DNA from: an uncultured Candidatus Saccharibacteria bacterium
GTDB taxonomy: Bacteria > Patescibacteriota > Minisyncoccia > Phycocordibacterales > CAIZLB01
Direction: 5' to 3'
Assembly: GCA_964368945.1 (NCBI GenBank)
Contig: CAYJDM010000001.1
Coordinates: 106,849-170,848 of the forward strand
DNA length: 64,000 bases
Below, piece by piece: positions 57,915-64,000 of this stretch (within the stretch, counting starts at the first letter, position 1; each line of letters begins with the position of its first letter). A program made the position numbers and the translations under genes. Under the pieces are notes generated by a model, which searched no databases, was not told the origin of the DNA, and saw nothing but the letters and a program-made list of their open reading frames with translations.

Positions 57915-58466
57915 ATGAAAATCAATCCGCTAACAATTTCCATCGCTCTTGTCTTCACCATCCTTGTCCCTTCAATAGGGTATGTCTCGTTCGGACCGTG
58001 GCCAGCTCTCCTGTTTCTGATAGGGTACTTGGGCGGATTCATATTATTGCTGATACTGCCAACAAGAGCACCTTTCTCAACGATCAGATCCGTGTATTGG
58101 ATCACGTTTGGATTGTTCATCCTGCATCGGGTTGAGGAAAAGGTATCGGGATTCTTTGCCACATTGTCGGAGATGACCGGAGTTCCGATTCCTGATGTAG
58201 CCTCTATACCGGTAATCCTACTCCTTATGCTATCTGTGGGCGCATGGATTTTAGGTCCTGTGTTGTATTCCAAAGGAAATGCTTTTGGTCATTACCTAGT
58301 CTGGACATTCTTTGCCTCAATGGGAATAACGGAGCTTGCGCACTTTGTCCTGCCACTATTTACTGGAGCGTCATACGGGTATTTCCCAGGGATGCTTAGT
58401 GTATTTGTCCTCGCGCCTGTGGCGTGGTGGGGTATGAGAAGAATTGTAAGTAAGCACTCTTTGTAG
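57915..58466 (+). CDS. HXXEE-domain membrane protein
   Basis: Polytopic membrane protein with HRVEE at the start of a helix. Confidence 0.45.
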   Translation: MKINPLTISIALVFTILVPSIGYVSFGPWPALLFLIGYLGGFILLLILPTRAPFSTIRSVYWITFGLFILHRVEEKVSGFFATLSEMTGVPIPDVASIPVILLLMLSVGAWILGPVLYSKGNAFGHYLVWTFFASMGITELAHFVLPLFTGASYGYFPGMLSVFVLAPVAWWGMRRIVSKHSL

Positions 58467-58482
58467 GATAATTATATAATCT

Positions 58483-58818
58483 ATGGAACCTCTTATAATT
58501 GCATTTACAATATCTTGCCTGATACAGGTATTGCATTCTGTGGAAGAAATATCAACTCGCTTTGAAAAGAGGTGGCCGCTCTGGAGAATGAGAAGATCTA
58601 CGTTTGTGATTTTCGAAATCGCTTTCACTGCCTTGTTTCTTTCCGCACTGTTCTTCAGCCCCTCGTTTGAGGTTATGTTCGCCAAGGCTTTTATCGCACT
58701 CATGTTTGCAAACGGTATCTGGCATATCTTCTGGGCAGGAAGCGAAAAGAGATATGTTCCAGGACTCATTACTGCCCCTCTGCATGTATTAAACTTTATT
58801 ATATATTTTCTCAACTAA
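58483..58818 (+). CDS. HXXEE-domain membrane protein (short paralog)
   Basis: 111 aa with HSVEE motif and three TM helices. Confidence 0.4.
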   Translation: MEPLIIAFTISCLIQVLHSVEEISTRFEKRWPLWRMRRSTFVIFEIAFTALFLSALFFSPSFEVMFAKAFIALMFANGIWHIFWAGSEKRYVPGLITAPLHVLNFIIYFLN

Positions 58819-58822
58819 ATCT

Positions 58823-59698
58823 ATGCACGATCACAACCATCCGTCAGGAGAAAAGAATATTAAGACTGCTCTTGCTTTGAATATCTGTTTTACAGTGATC
58901 GAGTTTGTCGGCGGGTTTTTCACGAATAGCTTGGCTATTCTGTCCGATGCGCTTCACGATTTGGGAGACAGCTTGGTGCTGGGGCTCGCTCTGTTTGCCG
59001 AAAAGAAATCTAAGAAAGGTGCCGACTCCAAAAGAACATTCGGATACGCCAGGTTGTCGGTATTGTCTGCGACAGTGTCCGGGGCGGTATTGATCGGGGG
59101 ATCGTTATTCATTCTCTCTGAGGCCATTCCTCGATTATTGCACCCAGAGAGTGTTAATGCAGGAGGAATGATGATTCTTGCGGTCGTAGGCATCATTTTC
59201 AATGCAATAGGCGCATGGAGATTGAAGAAAGGGGAGAGCGTCAACGAGAAGGTTTTGTCGTGGCACTTGATTGAAGACGTGTTGGGGTGGATAGCCGTAT
59301 TGATAGGCGGGGCCTTGATTTACCTATTTGATTTGCCTATCCTGGATCCCATAATTACTATCTGCTTTACGCTTTTCATACTTTGGGGAGTGATCAGATC
59401 TATGAAGGAGGTGGTGAATCTGCTCCTGCAAGGCGTGCCTCCAAAGACTGACCTTGATGCGCTCAAAGCTGATATCAAAAGTATTGACGGTGTTCTGGGC
59501 CTGCATGATCTGCATGTATGGTCTCTTGATGGAAAATCGAATGTTTTGACTGCTCACGTTGTGGTTCTTCCGCAGGGGATCGATGCCGCCCACGATATAC
59601 AACGACAAATAAAGCAAAAACTTCATGATGATCATGAGATTGAGCATTCCACTATTGAGCTTGAAACCGAAAAAACTTGTACCGGAAATGATTGTTAG
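58823..59698 (+). CDS. cation diffusion facilitator family transporter
   Basis: N-terminal His-rich MHDHNHP; CDF signature SLAILSDALHDLGDS; six TM helices plus a cytoplasmic C-terminal domain. Confidence 0.85.
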   Translation: MHDHNHPSGEKNIKTALALNICFTVIEFVGGFFTNSLAILSDALHDLGDSLVLGLALFAEKKSKKGADSKRTFGYARLSVLSATVSGAVLIGGSLFILSEAIPRLLHPESVNAGGMMILAVVGIIFNAIGAWRLKKGESVNEKVLSWHLIEDVLGWIAVLIGGALIYLFDLPILDPIITICFTLFILWGVIRSMKEVVNLLLQGVPPKTDLDALKADIKSIDGVLGLHDLHVWSLDGKSNVLTAHVVVLPQGIDAAHDIQRQIKQKLHDDHEIEHSTIELETEKTCTGNDC

Positions 59699-59703
59699 GT
59701 TTG

Positions 59704-61026
59704 CTAATTGACGAAGATCTCCTTTCCTTTGATCGTCACCTTGTTTTTCAGGCAGCCTAGCAATTCTCTTTTCTCTATATCCGTACCAGATTTAAAGATG
59801 TACTTAGTGTAGTTCCGTATATCAATATCCTTAACCTCTACCGAATCTTTGATATCCAATAGCGCATGGTTGAATTTCTTCATTCTCTCGACTTCTAATT
59901 TTATCTTTTGATTAATGGATGTCTCGTCAAGATTGATTTTGTCCATAAGCTTTATAAATTGCTGTATCAAGTCAGGCTCGTTTATATACTCCCGCTTACA
60001 TTCTGGGTTGCGTGATCTGCTGCAGGCATAGTACACGTGGCGGTTAATTGATCCATCTTTCTGTTTCTTGAATTTTTCTTCCGCGGATATTCCAGAACCG
60101 CATAATCCGCAGTTCATGAGCTTGGTGAATGCGAATTCTTTGGGTTCTCCTGTGCGAAGGATCTGGCTTTTGATCTGAGCTTGAACCAATTCAAAAAGTT
60201 CTTTTGAAATCAATGGTTCGTGCTTTCCCGTATACCAGTTTCCGCTTTTTGCGGGATATTCAAATACTCCGTAATAAAAATGATTTTCCAGTAATGTATA
60301 GATATTCCCCAAACTCATATGCTTGTGTCCGCAAACAGTTCTGAAATTAAGATCAAATTTGAGCCAGTGAAAAATCTTTCTACCTGTCCATTTCTCGTAC
60401 GCAACCTTTTCAAATATGCTCTTAATGATATGTCCTCGCTCAGGATCAACGTATACCTGGCATTTCCTATCGATCCTTTTTTCGCTTAGATATCCGGTCG
60501 GCGCTCTACCTGGCCACAGCCCCATCTCGCATCTTGTGCGCATGCCTCGTTTTACGTTTATGCTCTTGTTGTCGTTCTCTAGCTTGGCTTGTGAACAGAG
60601 AATCATCAATAAGAACTTTTCATTCGGTGAATTTCTAAATTGTTGTCCGTATGTTCGTATTTCTGATAGCAGCCCTTGATCCATCAAATCTACGACAGAT
60701 CCAAGATCACCTGCATTTCTAGAAAGTCTGTCTGGCGCCCAAGTCAAGATTCCGTTGAATCTTTGTCTTCGTATATCTTCCAATAATTCTTTATAGACTG
60801 GTCTCTGTCCAGAATCCTTTGCAGAATGCGATTCTCTGCGAATATCAATAATCTCTAATCCGTCTCGTTCAGCTATTTGTAGCATTTCTTTTACTTGAGA
60901 CTCAATCGACAAAGCTTGTTTCTCATCTGACTCGGTACTCTTGCGGGCATATAAGCAATACTTAGTTTTTGCTTGTGGCACTATCTCCGCCATCCGTATT
61001 TGGGCATTTGTGCCTAGTTGTTGCAT
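59704..61026 (-). CDS. large serine recombinase (integrase)
   Basis: Resolvase catalytic domain YARKSTESDEKQALSIESQ with the Ser nucleophile; recombinase domain; zinc-ribbon CGLCGS...YYACSRSRNPEC; 440 aa. Confidence 0.8.
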   Translation of the reverse strand: MQQLGTNAQIRMAEIVPQAKTKYCLYARKSTESDEKQALSIESQVKEMLQIAERDGLEIIDIRRESHSAKDSGQRPVYKELLEDIRRQRFNGILTWAPDRLSRNAGDLGSVVDLMDQGLLSEIRTYGQQFRNSPNEKFLLMILCSQAKLENDNKSINVKRGMRTRCEMGLWPGRAPTGYLSEKRIDRKCQVYVDPERGHIIKSIFEKVAYEKWTGRKIFHWLKFDLNFRTVCGHKHMSLGNIYTLLENHFYYGVFEYPAKSGNWYTGKHEPLISKELFELVQAQIKSQILRTGEPKEFAFTKLMNCGLCGSGISAEEKFKKQKDGSINRHVYYACSRSRNPECKREYINEPDLIQQFIKLMDKINLDETSINQKIKLEVERMKKFNHALLDIKDSVEVKDIDIRNYTKYIFKSGTDIEKRELLGCLKNKVTIKGKEIFVN

Positions 61027-61389
61027 ATATTAATTAATGACAGACCACCCAACCTTGCATAGCTATGCAGAACAACCGAAACGTAGTGTGGTCGCGTCAG
61101 CTCTTAGCAAGAAGGTCTTTCAGCGATAGGATATGGATTAATAGCCCAGATTGGGCTATTATGAGCATTAACAACTTAATATTGCTGACCTAACCCTATG
61201 GCCTCAAACCCTAGGCATGGTCAAAATCCGCTAAAGTGTAAAAACCTCCTCGTCAGGAGTCACTTTAGCGGTCGTATCTGGAAACGGGTACGGGTTGAGC
61301 CGAAAGGTTCAATCGCAACTGGCGGGGAGATTTTTGCTATCTCACTTTTGCCATTTATCATAAAAGCAAAACAAAACCGCTAAAGTTTT

Positions 61390-62112
61390 ATGAATAATAC
61401 AAATACTTCTCCGGACGGAGAAGGTAAAAATAGCTTTAAGCAATTCTTTGCAAAGCATCCATTTTGGAGTTGGACAATCGCAGGATTCCTCATCAGTCGG
61501 ATTCCAAAATTAGAATGGGTATTACCAATATTTTTGGTAATAGGTTTATATCAGTTTCTCAAACACAAAGGTAATCGAAAGAAACAAAATGTTTCTGATC
61601 GAAAGGAAGCAGTGACCAAGGGTATGGAGGAATTCGTTGCTCAGATAAAACAACAGAAAGCTCTGACTCCAATCTCATCATCACTTGTTTTAGGGCCAAA
61701 GGAGCAGGCATTCTTAGAAGAAGAGACTGCATTGCAGGAAACAAGATCAGTTCGCCAATTCCGTAGCACGGGAGTTCGGGTTCGATTGATGAAAGGATTA
61801 TCGGTTGGTCAGTCTGGAGGCAGGGCAGAGAGTCATAAAGAATGGAGAATCTTGGATACAGGAAAACTTATCCTTACGAATAAGAAGTTGGTGTTTGACG
61901 GAGGGAAAGAAGATCGAACAATCCCTTTGGATAAGATACTTACGATCTCACCAATGCTCGACGCGATAGAGGTATCCTCATCTTCAAGAAGCGGATCAAT
62001 GGTATTTCCAGTTAAGAATCCGTTCATTTGGGCAACAACCATTCGCATCCTAAGCGCAGTCGAGGATCCTTTGAATTTGGGAGATCTCGATCTGAACGTA
62101 CAGGTCAAATAA
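61390..62112 (+). CDS. membrane protein with bacterial PH-like (bPH/YdbT-like) domain
   Basis: N-terminal TM helices followed by WRILDTGKLILTNKKLVFDGGKEDRTIPLDKILTI, a bPH_2-like pattern; lies between the integrase and terminase genes on the opposite strand. Confidence 0.4.
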   Translation: MNNTNTSPDGEGKNSFKQFFAKHPFWSWTIAGFLISRIPKLEWVLPIFLVIGLYQFLKHKGNRKKQNVSDRKEAVTKGMEEFVAQIKQQKALTPISSSLVLGPKEQAFLEEETALQETRSVRQFRSTGVRVRLMKGLSVGQSGGRAESHKEWRILDTGKLILTNKKLVFDGGKEDRTIPLDKILTISPMLDAIEVSSSSRSGSMVFPVKNPFIWATTIRILSAVEDPLNLGDLDLNVQVK

Positions 62113-63574
62113 AGTAAACCCGAGGAGGATTGGGAGGGTGCTCCGTGGCATCTAACACCAGGTTGGAAAACGCATCAGCGAGGTCATCGTGTTTCTCGAC
62201 CCCGAAGTGTACGATCTGGTTTATCAGCTCTTCACATCCTTCCCGTGGAAATTTCACTCGACCGCTTTTGATGAGATTGGCAGTGAGTACCAGACGGCTT
62301 CGCTTGTCCTGATTTCCTGGCCTTGTCGATCTGACTTTCGGAATGCCTTCGCTTATCAATTGCTGGGGCAATGCTTTCTGGTATGCGACATCTTCTATTA
62401 CGAAGGTTGGATACATTCGATCCGATTCTGCATACGATTTGTTCAGTATCTTGCATGTCTCGACAGTCTCGGGAAAAGTCATCCTCTTGTTGATAATCTT
62501 CGGCAGGATGTAAATATCGTAACTCGATTCGGTCTCAAACAATAGACCGGGAACCATGGCAGTGTAGTCAGCAGTGGCACTCTTGGAAATCGCCAGATCT
62601 ATTCCGATACGAGTTTCCGTATGAGAAACATATCTTCCGTATATGGGTATCTTCGCAGGAATCACATCGTAATATTGGATCCATTCTCGGTGAATGGCCT
62701 GCTCCTCATCCGATACGATGTTGAGCAGATATTCTCTCTGCCAAGCAAACTCATTTCCAGCCTTTTTCTTTTCCTTCTCGACTTCGGCCATGGATGGATA
62801 TTTTCCAAGCCAAAGAATCTGTCCGTTCTCAATCAACGGATATTGCTTGAATATTCCACCTATGCGATCCTTTTCAATATCTTCCTTTATTCGCATGAGT
62901 AAGGAATCTTCGTGCAAAAGGTTTCCAATAACAACGAGGCGGGTGTTTATGTCTCCTGTGGGAATGACTTCGCTTGTCAGCCACTGATAGGTCTTGTTTC
63001 GACCTTCTCTTGTCTTCGTGGAAGCGATATCCTCTACGTCGTCGCAGATGATGAGATCGGGCCGATGCTGATTGTGCCGAAGCCCTCGGATACTTTGTTC
63101 TGAAGATGCCGCAGTGATTCGAGCGTTTGAATTTGAGAACACAAGGGAAGAAGATCCCCATTCATCGGATTCCTCCCTGAACGGCCCGAGATCGTTCTTG
63201 AGCACAGCATTGTCTTCAAGCTCTCTTCGCAGGTTCATCATGTGCTGTTTGGCTTGGCTCTGAGTCTGGCAGAGGATCAGAACGAATTTCTTCTGCGGCT
63301 TCCCAAGAATTGCCCAGATAGGGTAGGAGGTGGTGAGGATTGTGGATTTCCCGCATCCTCGGAATGCCACGATGAAGAAGTTGCCGAGCTCCTCATTCTC
63401 GGTCAAGTTGAATATCTCATTGTGAAAATCCGCTGTTGCATATCTCACATAGTGGGCGAAATACAGATGGAAGAAATACCAATGGCTTTCCTTCGTTATC
63501 GCGGCTCTAATCTTTCGGTCCTGAATCATCTGATCCACCAGTTCCTGTGGAATTATCTTCGGTTTGTTTTCCAT
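62105..63574 (-). CDS. phage terminase large subunit
   Basis: ATPase Walker A AFRGCGKST; Walker B LIICDDVED; C-terminal RNaseH-like nuclease region IGIDLA...D; 489 aa. Confidence 0.7.
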   Translation of the reverse strand: MENKPKIIPQELVDQMIQDRKIRAAITKESHWYFFHLYFAHYVRYATADFHNEIFNLTENEELGNFFIVAFRGCGKSTILTTSYPIWAILGKPQKKFVLILCQTQSQAKQHMMNLRRELEDNAVLKNDLGPFREESDEWGSSSLVFSNSNARITAASSEQSIRGLRHNQHRPDLIICDDVEDIASTKTREGRNKTYQWLTSEVIPTGDINTRLVVIGNLLHEDSLLMRIKEDIEKDRIGGIFKQYPLIENGQILWLGKYPSMAEVEKEKKKAGNEFAWQREYLLNIVSDEEQAIHREWIQYYDVIPAKIPIYGRYVSHTETRIGIDLAISKSATADYTAMVPGLLFETESSYDIYILPKIINKRMTFPETVETCKILNKSYAESDRMYPTFVIEDVAYQKALPQQLISEGIPKVRSTRPGNQDKRSRLVLTANLIKSGRVKFPREGCEELINQIVHFGVEKHDDLADAFSNLVLDATEHPPNPPRVYFI

Positions 63575-63947
63575 GATGTTTTGTAGATGCCAATTTTAAT
63601 GCTTCACGAACAATCGACTCTTGCTCGGGTGATAATGCGTCAGAGACAGTCTTGGTTGTGACTTCGATTCGCTCTCTGAATTTCGGATTTCGATGACGTA
63701 GCCAGAAGCTGACGGCTGACCAGTTCTTTTCCTTGATCATCGTGAGGAGCTGGCTTTCGCTCATATCGTTTACAAGATCCTCGCCCTCCTTTAGTGCGAC
63801 ATCCATTTCTGCTGCGAATGACCCGTCTTCCTTTCTCCATCTGTATACGGAATTTCTCGATAGCCCTGACTTCTCGCAGGCGACCAAGACGATAGGGATC
63901 TTTCTGAGCTGATCAAGAAATTCCTTTTGCAGTTTATTTTTCTTCAT
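63507..63947 (-). CDS. phage terminase small subunit-like HTH protein
   Basis: 146 aa, N-terminal HTH (VACEKSGLSRNSVYRWRK), directly upstream of and overlapping the terminase large-subunit gene. Confidence 0.45.
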   Translation of the reverse strand: MKKNKLQKEFLDQLRKIPIVLVACEKSGLSRNSVYRWRKEDGSFAAEMDVALKEGEDLVNDMSESQLLTMIKEKNWSAVSFWLRHRNPKFRERIEVTTKTVSDALSPEQESIVREALKLASTKHHGKQTEDNSTGTGGSDDSGPKD

Positions 63948-64000
63948 GGCGGATTATTCTCGCTTTTATTCCAGTAATCTTTTCAAATCGTCTTATCGCA

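Larger units (their letters stand above)
59704..64000. mobile_element. integrated phage-like element (5'-proximal part; continues beyond the window end)
   Basis: Serine integrase at the boundary with host czcD-like gene, then a moron-like membrane gene, terminase small and large subunits; intergenic region 61027-61389 carries repeated CCGCTAAAGT motifs. Confidence 0.6.

Noticed and set aside
1-64000. CRISPR arrays or rRNA operons
   Set aside because: No regularly spaced short direct repeats and no rRNA-like conserved stretches were seen anywhere in the window.

Overview
This 64-kb window looks like a chromosomal segment of a small-genome, probably uncultivated bacterium; the lineage is an inference from gene content and cannot be established from sequence alone. 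Overall GC is roughly 45-50 percent and housekeeping genes use CGA arginine codons heavily. I found nine tRNA genes (Phe, Glu, Val, Leu-TAG, Lys, Leu-TAA, Cys, Tyr, Trp) and recognisable core genes including valS, tsaD, trxB, ftsZ, ftsA, gyrA, infB and clpB, with rpmG detected by hand. Accessory content stands out in several places: (1) Six tandem genes at 34.3-37.2 kb each carry a VirB2/TrbC-like, T4SS-pilin-type two-helix module, sitting next to an ABC exporter, a solute-binding protein and an orphan receiver-domain protein. (2) Two distantly paralogous, GC-rich secreted proteins at 20.9 kb and 49.0 kb share a distinctive C-terminal module. (3) A roughly 360-nt GC-rich locus upstream of rpsA has its own sigma70-like promoter and intrinsic terminator and is a candidate structured ncRNA. 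(4) Homing-endonuclease-like genes of the HNH and LAGLIDADG types are wedged against tRNA genes. (5) A 36-bp perfect palindrome built from the 3' end of tRNA-Tyr is followed by nested partial repeats that look like degraded integration scars. (6) A Dsb/Bdb disulfide-bond cluster with an extra membrane CxxC protein lies next to PAP2, HXXEE and CDF genes. (7) An integrated phage-like element (large serine recombinase, terminase large and small subunits) begins at 59.7 kb and runs off the window end. No CRISPR array or rRNA was seen. All functional calls come from reading motifs by eye; nothing was searched against a database.
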